A stretch of DNA of 64,000 nucleotides from Octopus sinensis (lineage: Eukaryota). The notes beneath the pieces are model-generated. The model was given only the letters and a program-made list of their open reading frames with translations. It was not told the DNA's origin and made no database searches. The position numbers and the translations under genes are program-made. Below, piece by piece: positions 22,051-34,363 of the stretch. The stretch covers positions 162,316,001 to 162,380,000 of the forward strand of contig NC_042997.1 of the NCBI RefSeq assembly GCF_006345805.1, given 5' to 3'. Within the stretch, counting starts at the first letter, position 1. The number at the start of each line of letters is the position of its first letter.

Positions 22051-23314
22051 GAAGATTACTGTAATGCAATATACAATTGTACGTTATATATGTTTAGTTA
22101 AAATAAATTTATGAGTCTCAAAAGAGATGCGAGTCTGGAATTTCTATTCTCTGGGACTGAATAAAATTTCGCTCTTTTATGAAAGGCATAAACCAAAAGA
22201 TCTTGAAAACTGGTTATATGTTTTCGTATGGCTAAAATTTTGCATTTGGTATCGAAATTGGTGTTTATACCTCAAAACCCACTACACATCAGAATCGCGC
22301 GAATGAGTATCTTATCAAATACATAGCGTTGTGTGGTTGCACAAAAAATACAACAAATACAGTAATATTTGTACATGTATACATATTTTTATTGCAGTTT
22401 CTTTTTACATTTTTATCAATTTCAGTGCATATACCTGTTCGGTGATGAAAATAATTGTTACAGTGATATAAAATAACAACTTACGAGTTACATAAAGCAA
22501 AAGTTCGAAGTGATTAAAACAACAATTCATGAGTTACTAATACGTTCGTGTATCAATCTTCACAAAGTGATTCATCTGTAGAAAGTATACTCTAACAGGA
22601 TGAAAGTGAATTATATTTTACTTTTGAAAGAAAAGGAGCGAAAATTACATAATTTTATAGGAAATGGTAGAAATAATTTACTGCTTTAAGTATTCATTCA
22701 GATAAGAACACGTGTAGTTTTGAGAGAGTCTGCCCGAAAATGTTCCATCAGAAATAGATGAAAGGTGGTATAAATATAATACATAAATTGCAAAATGACT
22801 CGAGTCTGTAATTTCTTCGAACGTTGCAAATTGGCTTACGGCTGTAAGTTGTGCATCCGGTCATGTACCAGTGTTCGTGCAACTTATTGAAGTAACGCAG
22901 TGTATACATGGAAACGAATGATTCACAAACTGTATAACTCGAATGTAGTTGTGGTTAGATGTTGGTTGTTGTGGTGATTGCTGCAAGGTCGAGATGTGAA
23001 GCGAAATTAAATAGTCGACGCATGTATTGACTCATAAACCGTATAGTTGGAGAGAGCGTTTGTATCGTATCCGATAGGCTTCGTAGCTGGTGATTCCGGA
23101 ACTTACTGCTGTTGGTAAAAGAGTTATCGAGAGTTAGTGATAAAAATACTTGAATGTTAATTGACTTGTTCTACAGACAACATACAACAAAGCCAGTTGC
23201 AGGACAGTTCGGTAAAGAAGCGTCAGTCTGTGGGGATGCGAAGGACTCTGAAATAGAAAGCTGGTAACTAATTCTAGCTATGTGATGACTTCGACTTTGA
23301 TCGAATAAATACAG

Positions 23315-23379
23315 CAGTGGTCCCCAAACCTTTTATTTAAATGAATTTTCCTACGGACCCCTTTTAATATGCTTATCCT

Positions 23380-23461
<82 letters not shown>

Positions 23462-23465
23462 CGTG

Positions 23466-23499
<34 letters not shown>

Positions 23500-23597
23500 A
23501 TATATATATATGTGAAATTTTGAATTTAGTTCACGGACCCCTAGCACTACATTTTCTGACCACCAGGGGTCCGCGCACCCTAGGTTGGGAACCACTG
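23315..23597. mobile_element. hAT-type MITE with internal (TG)n/(TA)n
   Basis: TIRs CAGTGGTCCCCAAACC / GGTTGGGAACCACTG and perfect 8-bp TSD AAATACAG (23307-23314, 23598-23605). Confidence 0.92.
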
Positions 23598-23724
23598 AAA
23601 TACAGAGGTACATGTTACTAACTACTACATTGAAAGTCAACAATAATTAAATGTAGTTTATACTAATATAATCATAGAAGATGCGTCAAACCCTAGTTAA
23701 AGTTTAACAAGAGGAAAAAGAATG

Positions 23725-23762
<38 letters not shown>

Positions 23763-24430
23763 TGTACGTGTGTGCGCGCGCGACCCATATATATAAACAT
23801 ATGCATTTATATATATATTGTACCGTGTGAGTTGTATAATATATATATATTAGAAAAATTGCCCAAGCAGCTTAAAAAGAATGGTGACTTCTGTAATGAT
23901 AAACTTAACATTTTCAGTTGTTCTGGAGATGAGGAAAGTTTATCAAATTACTTTCATCTCGGGGAAAGGGAAACTCTGGGAAAGGATTTCTTCAGAGCAT
24001 GATCAGAAGAAGAATGCCAATTTATAAATTAGCTGAGTTGCAGAACGTAGTTATTTTATGTCGCGGAGAGCAAAATGCTTTTGCAATCTCATGGCTCATT
24101 GCTGTGGATCTTGCCTTATTAGCATCATAACAGCTTCTGGTGTTGCTATGTCCGCTTTTGCTCGTCAATTAACTTTTTCTAAAGCATATCCGAATTCTGT
24201 TTATTTACAGTTTTTACTGGTAAAAATTGCAAAAACAGATGTGTTCTTCTCAGCAGATTAAGTCAATAACAAAGATACGACACGTCAGTTTGTGATTGGC
24301 TGGAACACTACAAAGAGGCAATTTCTTTTAGTTATGTAAAAGAAATCGCATGACATAACAAAGCAATGACATAAAGCAAATGTGTTTAAAAGCGAAATAA
24401 TTCATTACCAATATACACTGCAATTCGTAA

Positions 24431-24660
24431 GGCGGCGCGCTGGCAGAAACGTTAACGCGCCAGGCGAAATGCGTAGCCGTATTTCGTCTGTCGTTACGTT
24501 TTGAGTTCAAATTCCACCGAGGTCGACTTTGCCTTTCATCCTTTCGGGGTTGATAGATAAAGTACCAGTTACGCACTGCGGTCGATGTAATCGACTTAAT
24601 CCCTATGTCTGTCCTTGTTTGTCCCTTCTATGTTTAGCCCCTTGTGGGCAATAGAGAAAT
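24431..24660 (+). mobile_element. Full-length family-A SINE
   Basis: Same head, central block and tail as 15257-15486. Confidence 0.9.
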
Positions 24661-25061
24661 ATATACTCTGCAATTCATCAGTTCAAAACACCTGATGTGG
24701 TCGTTGATCAATTAAGGGTAGTTCAAATCTTAAGCAGATTGCAAACTACCACAACTATTTTTGTTCATAATAATTTTCAACTTTAATTCTAAATGAAGCA
24801 ATTTTATAGTAGCAAACATTTTCCGTAAGAATGTGGCAATGAGTATCGTTCTCGCCACACTAACAAATTGCTAGATGTAATGCCGTTGCTGATACACAAA
24901 TCAAAAATGCTGGTGTGAGTTATTATCGCTGATACACCTCGAGTGTAGTTATCTTTTTTTTATGTAAGCGATTTGCTAATTTGCATGGCGAATAACCAGT
25001 TGTACATGGTTAAGTGTTTACTTTCATTGTCTCTCTGTCTGTGGTTTTATCACTCTCTCTT

Positions 25062-25104
<43 letters not shown>

Positions 25105-25273
25105 ACACACACACACACACACATACACACTTGTTTTGTCTGTCCCCCTATCGTCCCCTCTTTTTCTCAACCTCATGGTTATTAAAGAAATTCTCTTTGT
25201 CTTTTTTTCTCTCTCTCTTTTTCTATCTCTCTCTTTTACTCTTTCTCTCTCTCTCTGTCTGTCTCTCTCTCTC

Positions 25274-25306
<33 letters not shown>

Positions 25307-25580
25307 CTGTCTCTGTCTCTGTCTCTGTCTCTCTCGCTCGCTCGTTCGCTTGACCGCTCGTTGTGCGCATAATTCACCAGTATCATCAGAAAGACAAGCT
25401 ACTGTTACTTTCATTAAATGTATCAAAGTATTACAACTTGATTCTTGTAAGAATTCACACCGATAATATAAACGATATTACATATCACATCCTCTAAGAA
25501 CGACTAATTTGAGTTGGTAAAAAAAATTGCACAGAAGCGGCGTAATCGAGATAATGTTTAATATGATTTTGTGTATGTAT

Positions 25581-25612
<32 letters not shown>

Positions 25613-25751
25613 AAGAAAGAGAGAGAGAGTGTGTGTTTCTATGTGTGCGTCTGGATGTGCATGCAAGTATGTCCATGTGTGTATGCATATATATATACAT
25701 ATATAAATAAATGTGTGTGTGTATATATATATATATATATCTGTATATGTA

Positions 25752-25794
<43 letters not shown>

Positions 25795-26012
25795 AATAAA
25801 AGTTCAAATAAAGGTTACAAACCTCAATAAGGGATAATAAGATCAAAAGAATACACTGGTTTATTACCTATTACAAGAAGTGTTGAATATTACAATTAAT
25901 ATTCAACTGTAAGGTAACTGGATACACCGGGATTTATATATATATATTTAAGAAAATAAGAAAATAGAGTGATAATTAAATTGATTATTATTTATGAATT
26001 ATAACAAAGGAC

Positions 26013-26103
26013 ATCATCTCTGACAGCTGTTTCAATTCAATACTTTTAGAAATTAATTAGAATAATTAAAAACATTTTAAAGCTGAATTTCATCGGAGAT
26101 GAC
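26013..26103 (-). ncRNA. Hammerhead-like motif with long AT-rich stem II (PLE type)
   Basis: Minus strand TCATCT-CCGATGA-AATTCA...TGAATT-GAAA-CAGCTG-TC-AGAGATGA: 6-bp stem II, palindromic stem III ACAGCTGT, GUC triplet, stem I offset by a small indel. Confidence 0.55.
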
Positions 26104-27273
26104 TAAAGATATACCATCAGATTTCCATGTTCCAGTGAGTTGAGTGTACGGCTCCAAACCGTATATCTCTCTATTTTCTTATTTTCTTATATACATGTAT
26201 ATATAATAATTACGTGTAAAGTACATGTTATCATTTGAATATGATTCATTAATCGCATTTGAACAATCAGACGTATTTCACGTGTGTAAGAAACTTTAAG
26301 TAATGAATGAGTGAATCGTTCTCTCAATACATAAATTATGCAGTTTGTACTAAGTACTGTTCTCTTGTACATTTAAATATATGTACGTAAGAGCGTATGC
26401 ATTTATGTGTGTGTTTGTGTGTATTTATGCATTTCTTTACAGACGTAAGAAAAAAGGAAAAGCTGATCTTAACGTTATTGTTATTCAAACCGCTTTATAT
26501 TTGTATGAAGGTAGGAAACATCCTACTAAATTTAGAATGCTACAGGATATATTGATGACAACTTTATGGAAAATGGTGGATTAAACCAGGTTACTGTTTC
26601 TTCCCGACTCTAAATGAAGATGCTTCTAATATACTTTTTGATAAATCTTCTTGATATTTCTTCCTCTCTCTGTCTCTCTTATTCGCGTTCTCTCTGAGTA
26701 TGCTTTTGCAATCTGTTGGCTCATTGCTACGGATATTGCCTTATTAGAAAATACACACACGTAAGTGTGTGTATCTGTATGTGTGTTCGTGTATACGTGT
26801 ATGCGAACCTGTGATCGTGACTGCGTTCGTGCTTGCCCGTGTAAAGCAGGACATTGCTTAAAATGTTTAACCCCATGATCCATTAAATGTAGATTGATAA
26901 ATATTACTAGACTAAAATAAGTGGTGAGTTACATATGATCGAGTAAAGAGTACAGGGCACCAGTCTGACGACAGTTCAATGATTGAAGCCAATGAAAGAA
27001 TAGAAAAAGAAAGTAGCAAATATACAAATATAGCAGAATAAAAAATATAAGACAATTCACTCGATAACTCGAATTTATTTGTATGCAATTCACATTACAA
27101 AGATTTGTTGTATCCTTCTTAACAAATGAAAGCGTTTTCACACCAACGTCCTTTCTATCAATATTATTGTTACTATTACACTGTTCATCAAGTATCAAAG
27201 CTATTTTTTGTTGTTCATCACGATGTTACTGCCCATTATATCTGCAAAAATTATTCAGAGTTATAGAGTAATT

Positions 27274-27279
27274 TTTATT
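27274..27279 (-). terminator. Probable polyadenylation signal of reflectin-2
   Basis: First AATAAA on the minus strand after the stop; an alternative lies at 27074-27079. Confidence 0.5.
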
Positions 27280-27373
27280 AGTTATGATCTGCTTTACGTA
27301 TTGAATTCAGAGTAATTTTCAAACGAGAAAACGACTGCCATCAACAACAGTTGGTCGATAAATGGCACTATGT

Positions 27374-28843
27374 TTAATAGTTGTAATTATCCCAAGAAGA
27401 GTAGAAATTCTGACCATCCATCCAACGGCCATCGAAATCCATTTGATTATTGAACATATCAAAGTTTCTTTCTGGATAGTCGTAATACCTCTGTCCCCAG
27501 TTGTAGTTGTAGTAGTTTGGGTAAGAGTTGTAATAGTGCCTGTTATGGTAGTTATAGCCATGGAAATTACGGCCATAATTATCCATCCAACGGCCTTCAA
27601 AATCCATCTGATAATTTCCCATATCAAAGTATCTCTCTGGGTAGTTGTAATATCTTTGGCCCCAGCTGTAGTTATAGTAAGGATAGTTATGGTGGTATCT
27701 GCCATGGTAGTTGTAGAAGGGGCTAGAATAACGGCCATAATTATCCATCCAACGTCCTTCAAAATCCATCTGGTAGTTTCCCATATCAAAATATCTTTCT
27801 GGGTAGTTGTAATATCTTTGGCCCCAGCTGTAGTTATAGTAAGGATAGTTATGGTGGAATCTGCCATGATAACTGTTGAAGGGGCTAGAATAACGGCCAT
27901 AATTATCCATCCAGCGTCCATCAAAATCCATCTGGTAGTTTCCCATGTCGAAATATCTCTCTGGGTTGTTGTAGTATCTTTGGCCCCAGCTGTAGCTATG
28001 ATAAGGGGAGTTATGTTGGAATCTACCGTGGTAGTTATAGAAAGGTGTGCAATGACGGCTATACGTATCCATCCAACGACCATCAAAATCCATTTGATAG
28101 TTTCCCATATCAAAATATCTCTCTGGGTAGTTGTAATACCTTTGGCCCCAGCTATAGTTATAATAAGGGTAGTTATGGTAGTATCTGCCATGATAACTGT
28201 AGAAGGGGCTAGAGTGACGACCATAATTATCCATCCAGCGGCCATTCATGTCCATCTGATAACCAGACATATCCATGAATCTCTCGGGATAGTACATATG
28301 AAGGAAATTCATAAATGGACAATTCATATAACGCCTGTAATAGTTGTAATAAGGGCTACAGTGACGTCCATATCTGTCCATGTATCGACCATTCATGTCC
28401 ATTTGGTAGTGGGACATGTCCATGAATCTCTCAGGATAGAACCAGTTGCGACCATAGTGGTAGCCGGGGTAGTAACCATGTCTTGAAGAGTTGAACATCT
28501 GCCAGTGGGGGCTGGAGTAGTGTCCTTGCATGTCCATCCATCTTCCATACATGTCCATCTGATAACCGGACATATCCATAAACCTCTCAGGGAAGTCCAT
28601 GAAATTACCATATCTATGGAACCTATCGTTATCATAGAAACCGTAATAGTTGTACATAGATCTACCATAATATCTATCATTATCAGAATATCTGCCATAG
28701 AAGCTGTAGCATCTGGGATCTACCATTCTTCCATAAGAATCCATGTATCTGCCTTGGAAGTCCATGGTCATTCTGGACATTGGTTCCATGATACCACGGT
28801 ATCTTCTGCTGAAATTATTTCGTCTGCTCATGTATCTGTTCAT
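27374..28843 (-). CDS. reflectin: Reflectin (489 aa; canonical N-terminal motif plus 8 reflectin motifs)
   Basis: MEPMSRMTMDFQGRYMDSYGRMVDPR plus eight PER(F/Y)(M/F)DM..YQMD...GR(W/Y)MD-type repeats; Tyr/Met/Arg/Asn-rich. Confidence 0.98.
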   Translation of the reverse strand: MNRYMSRRNNFSRRYRGIMEPMSRMTMDFQGRYMDSYGRMVDPRCYSFYGRYSDNDRYYGRSMYNYYGFYDNDRFHRYGNFMDFPERFMDMSGYQMDMYGRWMDMQGHYSSPHWQMFNSSRHGYYPGYHYGRNWFYPERFMDMSHYQMDMNGRYMDRYGRHCSPYYNYYRRYMNCPFMNFLHMYYPERFMDMSGYQMDMNGRWMDNYGRHSSPFYSYHGRYYHNYPYYNYSWGQRYYNYPERYFDMGNYQMDFDGRWMDTYSRHCTPFYNYHGRFQHNSPYHSYSWGQRYYNNPERYFDMGNYQMDFDGRWMDNYGRYSSPFNSYHGRFHHNYPYYNYSWGQRYYNYPERYFDMGNYQMDFEGRWMDNYGRYSSPFYNYHGRYHHNYPYYNYSWGQRYYNYPERYFDMGNYQMDFEGRWMDNYGRNFHGYNYHNRHYYNSYPNYYNYNWGQRYYDYPERNFDMFNNQMDFDGRWMDGQNFYSSWDNYNY

Positions 28844-28862
28844 ACTGGATATTAGTAGTGAT

Positions 28863-28885
28863 CTGAAATATATATAAAAAAAGAT
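28863..28885 (-). other. Splice acceptor of reflectin-2 5'-UTR intron
   Basis: Minus strand T-rich tract ending TATATATTTCAG, 19 nt before the ATG. Confidence 0.75.
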
Positions 28886-30454
28886 GTTTCAATAATGGAA
28901 AAAGTTAATTTTACAAACTAATGAAATAATAACTATACAATAAATGTTTGTATCACATACTTGACTAGTCGTAATTAACAGCTTACCTAAAATATATTAA
29001 CCCTAATTTGCTGAAATTTTTTAATATAATAGATAAATAAATACTGGGATTGATTTTCAAGCTCTTTCTAAAGTTAACAGCTAAAGAAATGTAATTAAAA
29101 GTATTATAGTCGAAAACTGAAACGAGATAGCGAACTTGCACTGATTGATGTTCATTGTATTATAAAGTGAGAAATATTTCATGAATGCCAAACTCGAATT
29201 AAATAGCATACAAAACTGACATTATATTCAGAAAAGCATTTGGTTTTTCTACATCATGGTTTGAAAGCTTACGAAAGCTACAATTTAACTATACTGTGAG
29301 ACTAACTTAAACGTTAAATCGTCCCTTACAAGTAAAATTAATATATTTTACATTTAAAGGATTCAATCACGAAGCTTTCGTTATATGAATAGAGTTTGGA
29401 ATATATAACAACAACTATCTAGAATAACAGTCGCAATTTATAGAAGGAAAGTTATGTTGCATTAGTATTTTCATATACTACATATTTTCATGTACTTCTT
29501 CTTCAAATGCTCATGTAAACATATAAAAAATACGTTTATAAGTAATTACGTCTTGGACTGGTTTCTTGCTTATTAAGAACAGAATTTGTTATTTCACAGT
29601 GTTCACTCGAGATAACTAAGAATCAAGATAACTAAGACGAGATAAGATTAAAATTGTGATTCGTGAATAATTGAATATTTTTGTTGTTTTATGTTATTAA
29701 GAGCACAGTGATTCTAGAATTCTACTCAAGGCCTTCTCATTTCTCATAATGTTGTCACTTGTCAATTTTTTACTAATAAGCGGCTGAACGAATGCTTATT
29801 GTCTTAACTACAAATAACTCCTGGAGTTTCATGCTAATTTAGACAAAAGTTTCTCTGAGCTATTGTTGTCTATTGCCTACCCAGAGAAAAATTCTCCTAA
29901 AACCACAGCCTAAACACTTGTGGAAAGAGAGAACCCATTAGGTAAAGCAGTTCGACATACAGGTCATGAATAGAATTCCTTTGATCATTGGTACAAAATA
30001 TCAACAACAGCAACAACAATAACAACAAACGAATTCTGTACTTAAAAGACAGAATATATGAATTAGTAATATACTGCTATTTATGTCATCAACCATGAAG
30101 AAACGATCCAAAAGAGAGCTTCTGTATTATTACCCGCCCAGTTAAAATGACAACTAAACTTTCCCCAAACACCCCTTACCATCTCATTAGAAGATACATT
30201 AGCTAATGTCACCAAAAGTATTATAGGTGTATCTACTTATCAGGGCTTATGTGGGACCGAAACAACAAAAGAACGGCCGCCCTCAAGAAAAAAAAAACGG
30301 GATGAAAAATAAACACTACATCAATAAGACAACGTAATGGACTTAGAACTTATAGAAACCCCAGGAATCATAAAGCCAGAACACCGCCTAGGTTCCATGG
30401 CATATAATTGAATAAGGTTGCAATATTCTTTCCTGAACGGAATACCGGTCCATC

Positions 30455-30860
30455 GCAGGATTAACTTCCAAACTATTGTTGGAACTTATTTACAGCTGAG
30501 TGGACAGGAGCAGCGTGAAAGGAAGTGTTTTACTCAAGAGCACAATGCATTGCATACTCCAGGAATCGAAACCACAATTTTCTTTTCTACTCTAGGCACA
30601 AGGGTCGAAATTTTTAGGGAGAGGTCAGTCGATTAGATCGACCCCAGTACGCAACTGGTACTTAATTTATCGATCCCGGAAGGATGAAAGGGAAAATCGA
30701 CCTCGGCGGAATTTGAACTCAGAACGTAACGGCAGACGAAATACCGCTAAGCATTTCGCCCGGCGTGCTAACGTTTCTGCCAGCTCGCCGCCTTATCGAA
30801 ACCACAATTTTACGATCGTGCATGTAATACTCTATCCTGTAGGCCACGTGCCTTCATTAA
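30455..30860 (-). mobile_element. Family-C SINE interrupted by a nested family-A SINE (30582-30794)
   Basis: 17-bp TSD ATCGAAACCACAATTTT at 30565-30581 and 30795-30811, duplicating part of the host B-box region. Confidence 0.88.
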
Positions 30861-31854
30861 AGTAAATGTATGACCTTAAATAAAGCAAGAGGGGAAAGCT
30901 ATAGTAGATTTTGATCAAGCCTAGTACTTTTTTAGATACACATTTTATGAAACCTATCCAGTTTTCTCAGGATTAAAATTCTGTGTTTCTGCCATTCCAC
31001 TGCATAGATGTGTTGTGGAAACATTGATGAAACAATAACGTCCTAGTAAAATACAAGGGTTTCGTTATGTCATAGGGTGTTTAATCGTACAGTTCTTATA
31101 TTTGGCCGAAGTAACAGATCGCATTCGGTTAACACAGAAAAATCAGTATAGATTTAGTAGAAACATCATTTTACCACAATATGTAGAATACAATATATAT
31201 AATTAAACAACATATATTACATTTTCAACAAAAAATACTTTCTGTTTATGATATTTCTTTATCAAATGAAACTACAAATAGATGAATGAAAAAATGTAAA
31301 TCATGACGAAACTGAATGCTTTAAAAGTAAAAAAAGATATATAAATATTATTGAAATTACAACAATGTAGTATTTAGATTTTGGAGGAATCAAAATTGAT
31401 TTCAAGAATCAAATGCCTCGATGGTATCTTTGGTTTACATAGTACCATGTTCCTTAGACATCAAAGACGCTTTAATATTATGACTGTTAGAATATGGTTT
31501 TTAACACCAAGTACAAAGTGAAAATATTTTGTATTTGGACCATTTGCATAAATATGCAAATATTCATTCAATATGTGAACCATCTTATGAATAATTGGCA
31601 ATTTTTAAAGGACCTTATTAGAAATATAGTTTTAAAAAATATTCAAATAGCAGTATCAGAATGTGTATTGGCATTGAAATTCAAACATTATTCCTCGACT
31701 GTTACTCAGTTGGTTCAATACAATTTATAATTAGTTAAACAAGAGATGCCCTAATTCAAGAATTAAAACTTTTTAGCAATATATATAAAAATAAATAAAT
31801 GAAACAAAATTTGTGGAGAAAAAAATTGAAGAATTGCTTTTAAAACAAACTCAC

Positions 31855-31950
31855 AGACTGAAGAACAACCTTAGCTTCTGCTTACGCTAGTAGGACAGAG
31901 ATGTGGTTCTCAACTGAGACAAACTTTCTAACTTACAATCCCTTTATATA
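31855..31950 (-). promoter_or_regulatory. Predicted reflectin-2 core promoter and non-coding exon 1 (about 31915-31855)
   Basis: Minus strand TATATAAAG from 31950, GTAAGTT, Inr TCAGTT (A at 31915), GAGAAC, candidate donors GC|GTAAGC (31885) and CT|GTGAGT (31854); no ATG in the exon. Confidence 0.6.
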
Positions 31951-32353
31951 GGAATTAGTAAAAAGCGGACAGCTGGTTATTTCAACAGGAATTATTTTTA
32001 GTAAGGAGAAAATTAATTTGATGAAACAATCAACAAATAATGACAAGAATTTAATCTTTAATTAATTGTTTTTGGAATTCCTTATTCAATGTCTTTTAAT
32101 TAACATAGCTGTTAATACATGGCTTTGAAGTTTGATGGACATATGAATAATATGATTGGTTACTATAGTCTTTTCATCTGAAATCATTTACACCACATCA
32201 TTGCGCGGGATGCAGAATTGATTATCTTTCTAAAAAAACAAAATGTTTCTTCTACAATTTTGCTTTCTCCTCAGCAAATATTCAGTGTCATAATAATAGA
32301 GTAATATAAGGCAATTATAGCCATCTTACATAATCAGCACCACTTTTTAAATA

Positions 32354-33006
32354 TTGGTTTCAAATTTTGGCGCAAGGCCAGCAGTTTCGGGAAAGAGGTT
32401 AAGCCGGTTACATTGATCTCAATGCTCGACTGGTACTTATTTTATCGACCTCGAAAGGATGAAAGGTGAATTTGACCTCAGAACATGCGGATGGACGAAA
32501 TGCGATTAAGCATTTTGTCCGGTGCGATAACGATTCTGCCAGTTCACTGCCTCAAACGCACCTTCTCAAATTGCTCCGAATATTAAGATATTTTTCATGT
32601 AAGATAATCACCACGTTCAATATTACAAAATTTTCAAAAATATGATGCACATTCTATGATATATAGTGAAATCCCAAATAATAAATAATCCTTATTCTCA
32701 CAAGGAAAACTGGCGCTTTTCATATCCCCCACCCACCAAAAGTAAAAAAAAAGCAGGTGTGACAAATTAAACGTAATGAAAAAGTTTGATTTCAAATTTT
32801 GGAACAAGGCCAGCAAGTCCTAGGGAGAGGGTAAGTTGAACTCATCAACCCTAGCAGTCGAATAGTACTTATTTTATCGACCCAAAAAGACGAAAGAGAA
32901 AGATGACTTGGGTGGAGTTTGAACTCCCACCAAAAAAGAGATGAAAGAAATGCCAGAGTGCATTTATTGTCCGGCATTCTTAACGATTCCGGCAGCTTGC
33001 AGTCTT
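32354..33006 (-). mobile_element. Two old family-A SINE copies (about 32354-32552 and 32790-33006)
   Basis: Central block and AAATTTTGG(C/A)(A/G)CAAGGCCAGCA tail variant recognisable, heavily diverged. Confidence 0.75.
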
Positions 33007-34363
33007 TTACAACGAAAGGAACAATAAATTACTTTTCTCCCACTAAGGAAAATGTTTTTATTAATCTGAAAAACAGAAACTACATTCCCAACTATTATGC
33101 TCCCTTCTGAAATGGTTATTCATAACCATTGTATTTCATTCTAGACTGGTGAGATAGATGAAAGATCATGTTCTGCTTAGACTCTTAAGTCGACATTTAC
33201 ATGCAAAAAAAAAAAAAAAACATCAGAAGGGTGACTTACAGATTTCAGTATGTGAAGGTGAGTGTTTTTAATGGGAAAACTGACAAGATAAATCATGGGG
33301 AAAGACTAAGATAACCATATACAAAGAGTAGGACTAAATTAAAATTTTTGTGCATATCATAACACATTCAAGTATTTGGCTCATTTATAATGATTAAAAT
33401 TTCTGATCGAAAAGATTTGATATTCGGGAATTTGTTCTAACCAACACTAGGATCAATCGAATTTTCAGTACTTCAAACACTGGATATATGCTTTTTTTTT
33501 CTTAGTTTGGTGGAGCATCAGAAATATGAAGTTGGAAAATGTTGATACAAATTTTCTAGGTTACTATGTTGCTGTAACCAGGCTCATTCAATACTGTTTA
33601 TGCGTAACCGACATAATTTCTAGTATGTTTTTAGTTAGGCATATTGGTCTGCTTAAAGCAGCACGCGAAGATAGTATTGAAGAAATTCCTCGATTCAGCT
33701 CTTTTAATGAACCTTTCTAAATATGCTACCTTCATCTGTAATGAAGTATGATGCCCTTGTTTATTTTTTTATCCTCTTTTACGTGTTACATTTTAAGAAG
33801 ATTGATAAGATTATGTCTAGAGAGAGTTTCGCTTTTGCATTCGTTTGAAAGATTCTTGCTTTGAATTCGTGTGATGAGATTATGGCGACTTAGAATTTAC
33901 TGAATTTGTTTCAAATTGTGAACAAAGGTTGTTTTCTTGGGTGGATCAATCTTAAATGATTGGTTCTGCCCGATAAGTCGCACTTCTTTTTCTCACGTTG
34001 AATAAATTTATTCCACTGTTTAACAGTTTATAACTACTGACACAGACCACCAATATCTTCTTACAATCCTAATACTTATTTCAATTTTGAGAGGCGAATT
34101 TTAGCATATAAATGCTCAAAATTTTGGAGATACATCAGAAAAGACGCTTTGGGATATTTCTTCCGACATTTTACATACTGAATTCAAATCTCACCAAAGC
34201 CAAGGTTGGATTTTATCCTTTCGCGATAAAATAAAGTACACGTCATTTACGCATGTACTTATGTCGATGCAATCAACTCACATTCCCCAGCAAACGTCCG
34301 GGCTTGTATCTGTAGTAAAAATAAGATTTGGGAATGATATACCTGCGCAGTTCATTGTTATAT

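Noticed and set aside
27319-28245. 308-aa same-strand alternative-frame ORF (also 60423-61112, 10668-11009)
   Set aside because: Explained by biased codon content and tandem repetition of the real frame; no independent start context or recognisable domain.
27362-28486. 374-aa antisense ORF over reflectin-2 (also 60646-61416 and 10916-11683 over the other genes)
   Set aside because: Shadow ORFs. Antisense stops need TTA, CTA or TCA codons in the sense frame, which are rare in Leu-poor reflectins; products are monotonous Ile/Val/His strings mirroring the repeats.
28987-29010. 24-nt candidate extra 5'-UTR exon of reflectin-2 (acceptor at 29011, donor AG|GTAAGC at 28986)
   Set aside because: The upstream tract is A-rich rather than pyrimidine-rich and there is no counterpart in the other genes; needs RNA evidence.
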